This document shows positions 17,252 through 27,455 of a stretch of DNA of 64,000 bases, one piece after another. The DNA is taken from positions 1,241 to 65,240 of the forward strand of contig JAAZOM010000022.1 in NCBI GenBank assembly GCA_012797775.1, given 5' to 3'. How positions within the stretch are numbered: position 1 is the first letter of the stretch; each line of letters starts with the position of its first letter. The DNA comes from Candidatus Kuenenbacteria bacterium. Its GTDB lineage: Bacteria > Patescibacteriota > Patescibacteriia > UBA2196 > GWA2-42-15. The notes under the pieces were generated by a model, which worked only from the letters and a program-made list of their open reading frames with translations, was not told where the DNA came from and ran no database searches. Both the position numbers and the translations under genes were made by a program.

Positions 17252-18402
17252 AACTCATTTATTTTAGCAATTCACGCATCCCCACTGAAAAAGGTTATGG
17301 CATACAGATAATGAAAATGTGCCATTTCCTGGCTGCCATTGTTGATCATCTGGAATTGGTTATCCCAACCAAAAAAAACAAGGTCTTTAAAAATGTTGAT
17401 GCTTTCGGCTATTATCAGGTAGAAAAGAATTTTATCCTCAAAAAAATCAGCTGTTTAGATCCCAGCTGGATTGCCAAAAAAATGCCCCAGGGAATTTATA
17501 TCAAAGTCCAGGCCGTTTTTTGGCTGGTGAGTTTGTCCGTTTATTTACTTTTCAAACAAAATAAAAATCAGTTTGTTGCTTATACCCGGGACGAATATTC
17601 CCTGCCTGTTTTGCAGCTTTTTTTCAAAGCAGTAGTCTGGGAAGCGCATACTTTGCCGCGCAACACCAAGCGCTATTTAAAATATTGGTCTAAGTGCCAT
17701 AAAATTATTACTATTACTAATGGCCTCAAAGACGAGCTGGCTGGACTTGGCCTTGATGGAAAAAATATTCTCGTCGCTCCTGATGCGGTTGATTTATCTG
17801 AATTTGAAAAAGTTAGATTGGGCAAACAGGAATTGCGCCAAAAGCTCGGCCTGCCGCCGGATAAAAATATTATCGCCTACACCGGCCATCTTTACGACTG
17901 GAAAGGAGTTCAAGGTCTAGCCGATGCGGCCAAATTTTTGACCGAAAAAGAAATCATAGTTTTCATTGGCGGCTCTGAAGAAAAATTTGACCTAGGTAGA
18001 TTTAGATCGAGAAATGAAGGCAACAAACGAATTTTAATTTTGGGCTACAAGCCCTATGCTCAGATGCCTCTTTATCTGAAAGCGGCCGACGTTTTGGTTT
18101 TGCCAAATTCTGCCGGTGAGCAGAAATCAAAATCTTGGACCTCGCCTTTAAAGCTTTTCATGTATCTGGCTAGCGGTACGCCTATCGTAGCTGCCGATCT
18201 ACCCAGTTTGACTGAAATTTTAAATAAAGATAATGCCGTCTTGTATCAGCCAGACGACTCGGCCGCTATGGCCACCTCTATCCAAAAAGTGTTGACTGAT
18301 CCCTCGCTAAGCACTAAGATAAGTGCAAAGGCCAGAAGTGATGTTCAGGCCCACACTTGGCAAAAAAGGGCCGAGAAAATAGTGGCATTTATCCAATCTT
18401 AA
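17248..18402 (+). CDS. Glycosyltransferase family 4-like.
   Basis: GT-B C-terminal core (LKLFMYLASGTPIVAADLPSL). Confidence 0.5.
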   Translation: MKLIYFSNSRIPTEKGYGIQIMKMCHFLAAIVDHLELVIPTKKNKVFKNVDAFGYYQVEKNFILKKISCLDPSWIAKKMPQGIYIKVQAVFWLVSLSVYLLFKQNKNQFVAYTRDEYSLPVLQLFFKAVVWEAHTLPRNTKRYLKYWSKCHKIITITNGLKDELAGLGLDGKNILVAPDAVDLSEFEKVRLGKQELRQKLGLPPDKNIIAYTGHLYDWKGVQGLADAAKFLTEKEIIVFIGGSEEKFDLGRFRSRNEGNKRILILGYKPYAQMPLYLKAADVLVLPNSAGEQKSKSWTSPLKLFMYLASGTPIVAADLPSLTEILNKDNAVLYQPDDSAAMATSIQKVLTDPSLSTKISAKARSDVQAHTWQKRAEKIVAFIQS

Positions 18403-18404
18403 AT

Positions 18405-19349
18405 ATGCAAAAACTATCAATCGTTATTCCCATTTATAATGAAGCGGAAAATCTCCCCGAGCTTTTCCAGGAAATAAAGTCATCACTGGCTTCTCTTGGA
18501 GCTGATTATGAAATTATTGCCGTTAATGACGGCTCAACAGACAACAGTTTTAATGTCCTAAAATCTTTGGCTACTGCTGATGCCAAAATAAAAGTCATTA
18601 GCTTTAGCCGCAATTTTGGCCAGACGGCCGCCCTTTCTGCCGGCTTTGTCCATGCTTCTGGCGAGGTTATTATCCCCCTTGATGCTGATTTACAAAACGA
18701 CCCCCATGACATCCCTTTACTTTTGGCCAAATTATCCGAAGGATATGATATCGTTTCTGGCTGGCGCAAAAATCGTCAGGACAAATTGATCAGCCGCAAG
18801 ATTCCTTCCCGCCTAGCCAATAGCCTGATCGGCAAAATTACCAAAGTCAAACTTCACGACTACGGCTGCACCATGAAAGCTTACAAAAGAGAGAGCCTGG
18901 CCCCCGTACGTCTCTACGGAGAAATGCATCGTTTTATTCCGGCTCTGGCCGCTTGGCACGGCGCCAAAATTACCGAAGTCGTCACCAACCACCGGCCACG
19001 CAAATTTGGCCAGACCAAATACGGCATTCGTCGGACATTCAAAGTTATTCTTGATCTTTTGACCGTGAAATTCCTGACCGATTATTCTACCAAGCCCATG
19101 CATTTTTTTGGCAAAGCTGGATTTTATTCTTTCTCTCTGGCTTTTCTCTCTGGCTTTCTGGCTGTTTATCTGAGACTCTTCCATCACATTTCTCTGATTA
19201 TCACACCCTTACCCTTGCTGACTGTCTTTTTGATGCTTGTTGGTTTGCAATTTATTCTTATGGGTCTTTTGGCCGAGATGATCACCCGGACCTATTATGA
19301 AACGCAAAATAAGCCAACCTATTTTATTAAAGAAAAAATAAATTTCTAA
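18405..19349 (+). CDS. GT2 polyprenol-phosphate glycosyltransferase (GtrB/ArnC/DPM1-like) with C-terminal TM helices.
   Basis: LSIVIPIYNEAENL, NDGSTDNS and DADLQNDP (DXD motif), plus two C-terminal TM helices. Confidence 0.65.
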   Translation: MQKLSIVIPIYNEAENLPELFQEIKSSLASLGADYEIIAVNDGSTDNSFNVLKSLATADAKIKVISFSRNFGQTAALSAGFVHASGEVIIPLDADLQNDPHDIPLLLAKLSEGYDIVSGWRKNRQDKLISRKIPSRLANSLIGKITKVKLHDYGCTMKAYKRESLAPVRLYGEMHRFIPALAAWHGAKITEVVTNHRPRKFGQTKYGIRRTFKVILDLLTVKFLTDYSTKPMHFFGKAGFYSFSLAFLSGFLAVYLRLFHHISLIITPLPLLTVFLMLVGLQFILMGLLAEMITRTYYETQNKPTYFIKEKINF

Positions 19350-19352
19350 TCT

Positions 19353-21200
19353 ATGTGCGGCATCGTCGGTTATTGTGGGGCTGGCAACCAAGACAATTTA
19401 AAATCGTTGAGCAAACTACTTCATCATCGCGGGCCTGATGATGAAGGTTTTTATTTTGATGAGTTGGTGGGCTTGGCTCATCGCCGCTTATCAATTATTG
19501 ATTTGAGTCCGCTCGGTCATCAGCCCATGAGTAGCGAGGACGATTCGCTCCAGATCATCTTCAATGGCGAAATCTACAATTATCAGGCCTTGAAAAATGA
19601 ATTACTGGCTACCGGCCGCCACCAGTTCAAAAGTCACAGCGATACCGAGGTTATTTTGCATCTCTATGAAGATCTGGGCACCGCTTGTTTTGCCAAGTTA
19701 AATGGCATGTTTGCTTTGGCTATTTGGGACAAAAATAAGCAAGAGTTAATTTTGGCCCGCGATCGGGTAGGGGAGAAGCCGCTTTATTATGCCGAGATTA
19801 ATAATGTTTTTTATTTCTCTTCTGAATTAAAAGTTTTTCCAAGTATCGCAGGCTTTACCAAAAAATTAAACCACCAAGTTTTTTTGAAATATCTGGATCA
19901 GGGTTATTGCCCCGGCCCAAACACTATTTTTGAGTCAGTTCAAAAATTGGGAGCTGGTGAATTTTTGGTTTATAAAAATAATCAGATAAAAATTGAAAAA
20001 TATTGGACCCTGCCAACCTTGGCGGACAAAAGTGCTTTAACTTTTAGCGAAGCGGTTAGCCAGCTTGATAATTTAATTGACGAGGCCGTGAAAATTCGCC
20101 TGATGAGCGATGTGCCTTTGGGCGTGTTTCTTTCTGGCGGCTTGGATTCCTCACTCGTGGCTTATTATGCCCAAAATAATTCATCTCAAAAAATCAAGAC
20201 CTTTACTATTAGTTTTGGCGAAAAGTCATTTGACGAATCACCCCATGCGGCCGAAGTCGCCAAGTTATTAAATACCGATCACCATGTTGCCCAAGTTTCC
20301 GCGGCTGAATTATTATCCACTATTGATGGTTTGCCAAGTATTTTAGATGAGCCACTGGCCGACTCCTCGATTATTCCTACCTATTGGCTATCCAAAAAAA
20401 CGCGTGCCTCTGTGACTGTGGCTCTAGGTGGTGATGCTGGTGATGAATTATTTTTTGGTTACCAAACCTTCAAGGCTTGGCGCTACTGGCAAATTCTAAG
20501 GAGTCAGCCAGCCTTTATCCGCCAATCTCTAAAATCATTAGTCAATATTTTGCCTAGTCGTTCTGGTTATTTCAGTGCTGATTTCAAATTCAAACGAGCC
20601 ATTTTAAATTTTGATGCTGATTTTTATAATCAACATTTCCGTTGGTTTTCACCATTCACCCTCGGGGAATTAGGTGAATTAGTTAAGTCTCCCGACACCC
20701 TTGATTACCATCACTCTTGGCCAGCCGAGGATTATTCCAAATCGCTCAACCAGTCCGCCGCCCTTTATCAAAAGTATTATTTGACTGATGATATCTTTAC
20801 CAAGGTTGATCGGGCTTCTATGGCTGTGTCTCTGGAAACGCGAGCGCCTCTTGTTGATTACCGCTTGATAGAATTTGCCAACAGTCTGCCGCCAGATTTT
20901 AAGTTTCACCATGGTCAGGGTAAATATATTCTCAAAAAATTAGCGGAAAAATACTTGCCAGAAAATATTATTTATCGGGAGAAGCACGGCTTTCCTTCGC
21001 CCGTTGACGCTTGGCTCCGCGGCCCATTAAAAAGTAGGGCAGAGGAATTATTCTCGGGAGAAAAAATAATCAAGCAGGCCCTGCTCAATCCTGAGTTTGT
21101 CCAATTCCTCTGGCAAGATTTTCTCTCCGGTAATCACTATCGCGCTCGCCAGATCTGGCCTCTTTTCATCTGGCAGCTCTGGGCAGAAAAATATTTATAG
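19353..21200 (+). CDS. asnB: Asparagine synthase (glutamine-hydrolysing)-like amidotransferase, AsnB/WbpS-like.
   Basis: N-terminal MCGIVGY (Ntn Cys) and the PP-loop SGGLDSS. Confidence 0.75.
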   Translation: MCGIVGYCGAGNQDNLKSLSKLLHHRGPDDEGFYFDELVGLAHRRLSIIDLSPLGHQPMSSEDDSLQIIFNGEIYNYQALKNELLATGRHQFKSHSDTEVILHLYEDLGTACFAKLNGMFALAIWDKNKQELILARDRVGEKPLYYAEINNVFYFSSELKVFPSIAGFTKKLNHQVFLKYLDQGYCPGPNTIFESVQKLGAGEFLVYKNNQIKIEKYWTLPTLADKSALTFSEAVSQLDNLIDEAVKIRLMSDVPLGVFLSGGLDSSLVAYYAQNNSSQKIKTFTISFGEKSFDESPHAAEVAKLLNTDHHVAQVSAAELLSTIDGLPSILDEPLADSSIIPTYWLSKKTRASVTVALGGDAGDELFFGYQTFKAWRYWQILRSQPAFIRQSLKSLVNILPSRSGYFSADFKFKRAILNFDADFYNQHFRWFSPFTLGELGELVKSPDTLDYHHSWPAEDYSKSLNQSAALYQKYYLTDDIFTKVDRASMAVSLETRAPLVDYRLIEFANSLPPDFKFHHGQGKYILKKLAEKYLPENIIYREKHGFPSPVDAWLRGPLKSRAEELFSGEKIIKQALLNPEFVQFLWQDFLSGNHYRARQIWPLFIWQLWAEKYL

Positions 21201-21262
21201 TGTATAAAATAAGCAAATTTTTTTATTGTCATTTTTATTAAATTATTTTTTATTTAAAAAAT

Positions 21263-21679
21263 ATGTATAATATTTTTAGTTATATCTGGGCCATTATTAA
21301 AAACATTATTGTTTTGTTTATTATATTTTTGATTTTCAACCAAGCTTACTCGTCTTTTGAAACTATTGTTTTTTGTTTTTTAATATTAATTTACATTAGT
21401 ATAAGCCAATTTTTTTCAAGCAACGCTTATGCGCAGATGACCCAAACTCTTTTGTTAACGGAAAGAATTATAAACCTAAAAAAATTATTCAATAAATCTG
21501 AAAATGAAAATTCTTTAAATCCTGATTATATAGAAAACAACGAGGTTGATTTTGAAAAAGAAGAAATAAAAGAGGCTAAGGACAGAATGAAACCCCATGT
21601 TGTCAAATTTTATATCAACTCGGTTTTTAATTTTGTAATTTTTGTGGTTTGCATTTTTTATCTATTTGGAGAATTATAA
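21263..21679 (+). CDS. Hypothetical small membrane protein, extremely AT-rich.
   Basis: ORF with two hydrophobic segments; roughly 22% GC. Confidence 0.3.
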   Translation: MYNIFSYIWAIIKNIIVLFIIFLIFNQAYSSFETIVFCFLILIYISISQFFSSNAYAQMTQTLLLTERIINLKKLFNKSENENSLNPDYIENNEVDFEKEEIKEAKDRMKPHVVKFYINSVFNFVIFVVCIFYLFGEL

Positions 21680-21808
21680 TATAAATTTTTCTCTTCATCA
21701 GGGTTTTTATTCACCTTGTCAATTGCCCCCAAAATTGCTAAGCTAAAAGCAGTAAAACAAGCTATTTTCTTGGCTCATTTTCACATTTGAGCCATTATTT
21801 ATCATATT

Positions 21809-22492
21809 ATGAGCCAAGTAGAAAATTTCAAGGACTGGAATGAAAAAATGGCCATCAAATACAACCCGGACCATTATCACAACAGCCGTAATATTTTTAT
21901 CCGTCTTTTGAGTCATTTGCGCACTCGGCTGATCATTCGTCTCCTCGACGTCAGGCCGAAAGACGAGGTGATCGACCTTGGCTGTGGCTCTGGCAATATG
22001 CTCGCCGCTATTCATAGGGGCCGCCTGACCGGCATTGATCTGTCCGCTTCACTTATTCAGTTGGCCGAAAATAAATTGAAGGGCAGTGGAGCCACTATTA
22101 TTGAGGGCAGTGTCGAAGACCTACCAGAGGTAATTCGTTCAAAAAAATATGACAAAATATTTTCCAGTGAAGTTATTGAACATCTAGAACACCCAGAAAA
22201 AATGATTGACGAGATCGTGGCCATTGCCAAGCCTGAGAGCCTGATAGTCATTTCTTTCCCCAACGAACACCTGATTGGCAAAATAAAATTTGTCCTGCTC
22301 AAGCTGGGACTATTCAAAATATTATTCAAGGGCCTGCCGCCCCAAATGGCGGATGAATGGCATTTGCACGAGATAAAACTTGAATATTTCAAACAATTAA
22401 TCTCCGGCCGCTTGCGCATTATCACCATCAAAAAGATTCCTTCTTGTCTTTTGCCGCTCCATTATGTTTTTCTTTGCCAGATAAATAAATAA
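21809..22492 (+). CDS. Class I SAM-dependent methyltransferase.
   Basis: VIDLGCGSGNM and the VIEHLEHP motif. Confidence 0.6.
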   Translation: MSQVENFKDWNEKMAIKYNPDHYHNSRNIFIRLLSHLRTRLIIRLLDVRPKDEVIDLGCGSGNMLAAIHRGRLTGIDLSASLIQLAENKLKGSGATIIEGSVEDLPEVIRSKKYDKIFSSEVIEHLEHPEKMIDEIVAIAKPESLIVISFPNEHLIGKIKFVLLKLGLFKILFKGLPPQMADEWHLHEIKLEYFKQLISGRLRIITIKKIPSCLLPLHYVFLCQINK

Positions 22493-22496
22493 AATT

Positions 22497-24485
22497 ATGG
22501 CCCTTCTTATTTTTATAAAATTAATCATTTTCTGGGTGATCATCACTTTTTTTGCCTGGCGGCTAATGCTTTTGATATTTAAAGATGAGTCTAAGGAATT
22601 TTTGCTGACGCTGGCTTTGATCGCTGGGCCAGTTTTTTATATTTTTACTCTGAATATTTTGGGCCATTTTTTCCCTATAACTTTTTTATTCTTTTATGTT
22701 TTGGCCGTTTTTCTGATTATTGGTCTCGTGCTGTTTATTTTTACCCATAAAGATAAAATAAAATCTTTTTGGCTCTTGGACAAAAGATGGAGAAAAATTT
22801 TGCTTTTGACCATTATCGTCATTTTTCTCACCACCGGCTTGATCGCCGCTCGGGGCTATTCTGGTGATGAGTTTAATATCTTTAGCACCGTGCCTATGGC
22901 CGGCACGATCGCTGAGGGCAACTTCCCAGTGCGCTGGACAGTCGAGCCGCAGGTCATGGCTTATTATCATTATGGCATAGAGCTTTTTTCCGCCGCCATG
23001 TACAAAACCACAGACTTGCCTTTTTGGTATGGCGTGGATCTTTGCCGCGCTTTATTTACGATCTTATTTTTGGCTCTTATCTTTCTTGTACTTTTCAAAA
23101 TTACCAAGCATCCAGCCAAAAGTTATTTAGTTTCTCTTCTGACGCTCTTTGGCGGCGGTTTGGTTTGGATTTATGGTATTACCGGTTTTATTCATAGGAA
23201 TGCCGCTGCGCCCTGGAAATTTTTGCACCAAGGCACGACTTCGGGCGCGGCCGGACCACTGATCAGAGATATCCATATTCAGTGGGGGGCTATTTCTTTT
23301 CTCCTGATTCTGCTTGGTATTTTTCTTTATTTCAAAGCTGTAGAATACAAGAAAGAAAATAAACCCTGGCTCCCTATCGTCCTAATTAATATTATATCGC
23401 TAGCGGTTCTGGCCCTAGTCGGAGAGACCTACTTATTGGTTGAACTGTTGGTTTTTCTATTGTATCCCTTTGCCACTCTATTTATTAAAAGCCAGAAAAA
23501 ATATTTTAAAACCTATTTGCTGATTTCGCTCCTCACTGTGGCCGCCGTCTCTCTTATTGCCGCTTTCCAGGGCGGGGTATTAACAGAATTATTTCACCAG
23601 AGTTATGACCGCCATCCGCGTCCGACTGGCAACTGGTTCTTTTTCAATCATGAAAAAATTGGTTTTCTTTGGAGCTCTCAATCACTGATCAATTTTGGTC
23701 TGCCCTTATTTCTTATCTTGCCTTGTTTGTATTTGCTATATGTTCGCTTCAGGAAAGGGGAGTATTATCAAGAACTTTTATTTTTGCTTTTGCTTTCTTT
23801 CGCCTGTTTTGCCGTGCCCTTTGTAATGGAGCTTGGCCCGCGCTATGACTATGAAATGCTCCGCTATCTTTATCTGGCCCCGCCATTTTGGAGTCTGGCC
23901 ATTGGACTTGTCTTAGCCGATATTCTCATTGATAATCAACGGGTCAAAAAAATTTGGCATCGCCTCGGCTGGTTAGTCGTATTTTTTATGGTGCTAGTTG
24001 GCTTTCTTTTCCAAATTATTTTTATGGTAGTCCCCATCGGCCGTTCCAGTCAGAGATTTACTCCATTTTTTTACAGCTTTCCACCGCCGACCGCCATAGA
24101 GTCTCGGGCTTTTGCTTGGATCAAGAAAAATACCACTATCAATGATTATTTTTTTAGCTACAGCCCCAGCCAAGACGATTCCACTATCTATAATAAAAAG
24201 ATGAATATTTTTGCTGGCCGCATCGCCCCAGTTTACAGTTATATGGCTGACCACAAGATGCTCAACCGCGACCAGCTGGTTCAGGACTTAATCGCCGCTT
24301 TTGGCCGAGCCGAAGTCTCTTGCCTGCCGGCGGATTTAAAATTTATGGGCTATAAATATCTCTATGTGAGTGAATATTGGCCAGCCGGCCTTGAAGAGAA
24401 GTGCCAGGCCAATAATAAATTAGAATTAAAATATGAGGATTCTAAAAATGGTTCTTTCGCCCGTATTTATAAGATAAATTATTAA
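22497..24485 (+). CDS. Large polytopic membrane protein, possibly a GT-C fold glycosyltransferase or polymerase.
   Basis: At least 12 TM helices and a soluble C-terminal domain. Confidence 0.35.
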   Translation: MALLIFIKLIIFWVIITFFAWRLMLLIFKDESKEFLLTLALIAGPVFYIFTLNILGHFFPITFLFFYVLAVFLIIGLVLFIFTHKDKIKSFWLLDKRWRKILLLTIIVIFLTTGLIAARGYSGDEFNIFSTVPMAGTIAEGNFPVRWTVEPQVMAYYHYGIELFSAAMYKTTDLPFWYGVDLCRALFTILFLALIFLVLFKITKHPAKSYLVSLLTLFGGGLVWIYGITGFIHRNAAAPWKFLHQGTTSGAAGPLIRDIHIQWGAISFLLILLGIFLYFKAVEYKKENKPWLPIVLINIISLAVLALVGETYLLVELLVFLLYPFATLFIKSQKKYFKTYLLISLLTVAAVSLIAAFQGGVLTELFHQSYDRHPRPTGNWFFFNHEKIGFLWSSQSLINFGLPLFLILPCLYLLYVRFRKGEYYQELLFLLLLSFACFAVPFVMELGPRYDYEMLRYLYLAPPFWSLAIGLVLADILIDNQRVKKIWHRLGWLVVFFMVLVGFLFQIIFMVVPIGRSSQRFTPFFYSFPPPTAIESRAFAWIKKNTTINDYFFSYSPSQDDSTIYNKKMNIFAGRIAPVYSYMADHKMLNRDQLVQDLIAAFGRAEVSCLPADLKFMGYKYLYVSEYWPAGLEEKCQANNKLELKYEDSKNGSFARIYKINY

Positions 24486-24490
24486 TTCTC

Positions 24491-25345
24491 ATGTTGTCAG
24501 CCAAGATTATTCAAAATTTAAAATGTCCCCATTGTTTGGCCGGCTTAAAACATTCCGAGCATAATTTTTTGTGTGAGCACTGCCAAAAAGAATATGCCAT
24601 TACCGATGGCGTCGTAAGTTTTGGGCATTTTACTGAGGATAAAGCCAACGCCAGCGCTGACAATCTCATCAGCCGGCTAAAAAACTTTTTTAAAAGATAT
24701 TCCGCTTTTTACAACTTTCTCTATTACGCTTTCGGCGGGTTCTTCGTCGGTCTTAGCGCTAGGCAAGCTATTTGGAGATTAGATCAAGATAAACTAATAC
24801 TCAATCTCGGCTCAGGCATCAAACGCATCCGGCCGGAGGTGATTAATATTGATTTTTTGCCATTTAAAAATGTTGATATTGTCGCTGATATTACCCACTT
24901 GCCATTTGCTGATAATTCCGTTGACGCGATTATCAATGAATTTGTGCTTGAGCATGTCAAAAATCCAGAGGCTATCATCACTGAAATAAAAAGGGTTTTA
25001 AAACCCGGCGGCTTGGTCTATGTCTCCACACCTTTTGTTGAGAGCTTTCATTCTTCACCCCACGATTACCAGCGCTGGACCAAGCCCGGGTTGATTCATC
25101 TCATGAAAGATTTTCAATTAGAAAAAGTTGGTATTCGCTCCGGCCCCACCTCAGCGCTCTTGTCAATTTTAAATGAGTGGTTGGCGGTACTCTTGAGTTT
25201 TGGCTGGCGACCGCTAGAACAAATTTGGCTGATGTTTTTTACTATTATTACCAGTCCTTTAAAGCTATTGGATTATTTTATGTGGCGCTTGCCCAATGCC
25301 GATAATATTTCCTATGCTTTTTATTATTTAGGCAAGAAATCATAA
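24491..25345 (+). CDS. SAM-dependent methyltransferase with an N-terminal Trm112-like zinc ribbon.
   Basis: CPHC..CEHC, then NLGSG..VDAIINEFVLEHV..LKPGG. Confidence 0.6.
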   Translation: MLSAKIIQNLKCPHCLAGLKHSEHNFLCEHCQKEYAITDGVVSFGHFTEDKANASADNLISRLKNFFKRYSAFYNFLYYAFGGFFVGLSARQAIWRLDQDKLILNLGSGIKRIRPEVINIDFLPFKNVDIVADITHLPFADNSVDAIINEFVLEHVKNPEAIITEIKRVLKPGGLVYVSTPFVESFHSSPHDYQRWTKPGLIHLMKDFQLEKVGIRSGPTSALLSILNEWLAVLLSFGWRPLEQIWLMFFTIITSPLKLLDYFMWRLPNADNISYAFYYLGKKS

Positions 25346-25348
25346 TTT

Positions 25349-25873
25349 ATGAAAAACAAATTTTTTATTATAGCCGTTCTCATTGCTCTTGGTTTTGCCA
25401 GTCGCCTTTTCAGCTATCCGCCCAACTTTTCACCCTTGGGTGCCATTGCTCTTTTTGCCGGCTTTTATTTTTTAAAACGCACTTCATTGTTGGTACCTAT
25501 TATTATCCTGGTTGCCTCGGATATTTTTATTGGTTTTTATGATTGGCGTCTGATGGCTTCGGTTTATGCCAGTTTCGTTTTGATTGGGCTCGTTGGTTCT
25601 TATCTAAAAAAACACTATCATTGGTGGTCAGTTGGACTCGGGTCAGTCATTGGCTCCTTGTTATTTTTTATTATTACCAATCTGGCCTTTTGGTATTTTG
25701 GCGGCTTTTATTCCTTGGATTTAGCCGGCCTAGCTTCTTGTTTTACATTAGCCATTCCATTTTTCAAAAATACTCTGATTGGCGACCTGTTTTTTACTAC
25801 GATTTTATTTGGGATTTATAGTCTGGCCCCATATTTACAGAAATTAACAGCAAGAAAGATTGTCCAAGGATAA
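25349..25873 (+). CDS. Small polytopic membrane protein, possibly an ECF-type S component.
   Basis: Five or six TM helices, about 170 aa, immediately upstream of the B12-dependent radical SAM gene. Confidence 0.3.
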   Translation: MKNKFFIIAVLIALGFASRLFSYPPNFSPLGAIALFAGFYFLKRTSLLVPIIILVASDIFIGFYDWRLMASVYASFVLIGLVGSYLKKHYHWWSVGLGSVIGSLLFFIITNLAFWYFGGFYSLDLAGLASCFTLAIPFFKNTLIGDLFFTTILFGIYSLAPYLQKLTARKIVQG

Positions 25874-25901
25874 TCAGTATTATTTATATATTTGTATTAG
25901 T

Positions 25902-27314
25902 ATGAAAATTCTCTTCATTATCCCTCCCTATGATCTCATGGCCAAGGGTTATGGCTCAAAGAAAAAATTGCGCGCTGGTTTTTTCCCACCCTTGGGCGTG
26001 GGTTATTTGGCCGCCCCGCTATTGCAATCTGGCCACAATGTAAAAATCATTGATTGTCCGCCGCTGGACTACCAAAACGAAGATGTCGGCCGGATAGTTG
26101 ACGATTTTCGGCCAGATGTTATTGGTATTTCCTCTCTTTCTGCTTCGGCCGAAGAGGCTTACAGCCTGATAAAATATTTAAAAAATTTATATCCAGCAAT
26201 TCCTATCATTTTTGGCGGGGCGCATGTTACCTGTTTCCCGGAAAAGATCATCGAGGCAGTGCCCATGGTTGATTGCCTTTCCTATGGGGAAGGGGAGATT
26301 ACTTTCCAAAAAATTGTTGATTCTTTGATTAAAACAGGTACTATTGATAAAAATATCCCCGGCATCTGGGTCAAAAATGAGGCTGGTCAATTTGTAAAAA
26401 ATCCGCCTCCGCCAGCCATTATGAATATTGATGAGCTCTTACCGCCGGCTTACGAATTGTATGACTATAGCATCTACATGCCCCTGCCTTTGCAATATAA
26501 AAAATTGCCAGCGGCCAACGTCATCACTTCCCGCGGTTGCCCTTGGGGACATTGTACTTTTTGTTTTGAATCTGGCCGCGCTTCTCAAAAGTATCGCCGC
26601 CATAGTCCTGAGCGAGTAGTTTCCGAAATAAAAAATCTTTATGAAAATTTTGGTATTCGCGAGATCACTTTTTGGGATGATAATTTTTTGGTTAATGAGC
26701 AGTGGATTTTAGAATTTTGCGATTTATTGGACGCCAGTGGCCTAAAAATTCCTTGGTCAGCCTGTGGCCGGGTGAATACCGTCACCAAAACCATGCTCGA
26801 ACGCGCTAAAGAATCAGGCTTGTGGTGTGTTTTTTATGGTTTTGAGACCGGCAACGAAGATTTATTATTGCGCATCAAAAAAGGAGCGACCCTGGAGCAA
26901 GCGCGCCAAGCGGCCCAATGGACTATAGACCTTGGTATTGATATCCGCGGCTCTTTTATGTTGGGGCTACCTGGTGAGACGCCGGGCAAGGCTTTGAAAA
27001 CAATCCAATTCGCTAAGGACCTAAAAATACCCTTTGCTCAATTTCTCCTGACTTTTCCCGAATGGGGGACAGAGCTCTATGATGATGCCTTGGAAAGCGG
27101 TCAGATGGTTTCTTCTTATGGCGGTCGGACAACTGCCACCTATGTGCCCGCCGGTTACAAAAATGCCGAAGAACTACGCGCCATGCAAAAACGCGCTTAT
27201 CATTCTTTTTATTTCAACCCGGCTTTTATTTGGCTCCATATGAAGCGCCTGACTAGTTGGAGCGAAATAAAACAATACTATCTCGGCCTGAAATATATTT
27301 TAGGAGTGAGTTAA
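25902..27314 (+). CDS. B12-binding radical SAM protein (class B radical SAM, methyltransferase-like).
   Basis: N-terminal cobalamin-binding Rossmann-like domain (MKILFIIPPY..GISSLSASAEEAY), then CPWGHCTFC (CX3CX2C). Confidence 0.65.
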   Translation: MKILFIIPPYDLMAKGYGSKKKLRAGFFPPLGVGYLAAPLLQSGHNVKIIDCPPLDYQNEDVGRIVDDFRPDVIGISSLSASAEEAYSLIKYLKNLYPAIPIIFGGAHVTCFPEKIIEAVPMVDCLSYGEGEITFQKIVDSLIKTGTIDKNIPGIWVKNEAGQFVKNPPPPAIMNIDELLPPAYELYDYSIYMPLPLQYKKLPAANVITSRGCPWGHCTFCFESGRASQKYRRHSPERVVSEIKNLYENFGIREITFWDDNFLVNEQWILEFCDLLDASGLKIPWSACGRVNTVTKTMLERAKESGLWCVFYGFETGNEDLLLRIKKGATLEQARQAAQWTIDLGIDIRGSFMLGLPGETPGKALKTIQFAKDLKIPFAQFLLTFPEWGTELYDDALESGQMVSSYGGRTTATYVPAGYKNAEELRAMQKRAYHSFYFNPAFIWLHMKRLTSWSEIKQYYLGLKYILGVS

Positions 27315-27320
27315 ACATAA

Positions 27321-27445
27321 AATTTATCCTGACACTGTCTCGCGAGAGGCAAGGGAAGGATCCCATTTAGGCTCGCACTCACTATAATTTAAGTTTATAC
27401 TTATCGGGACGGGATCTTTCGTCGCTGGCTCCTCAAGATAAATTA
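27321..27445 (+). repeat. Dispersed intergenic element, copy 2: TTATCCTGAC, hairpin (TCTCGCGAGA), GAAGGATCCC, 50-nt loop, GGGATCTTTCG...CTCAAGATAAA.
   Basis: Alignable with 15001-15080 and 34146-34181. Confidence 0.6.
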
Positions 27446-27455
27446 TTACATCACA

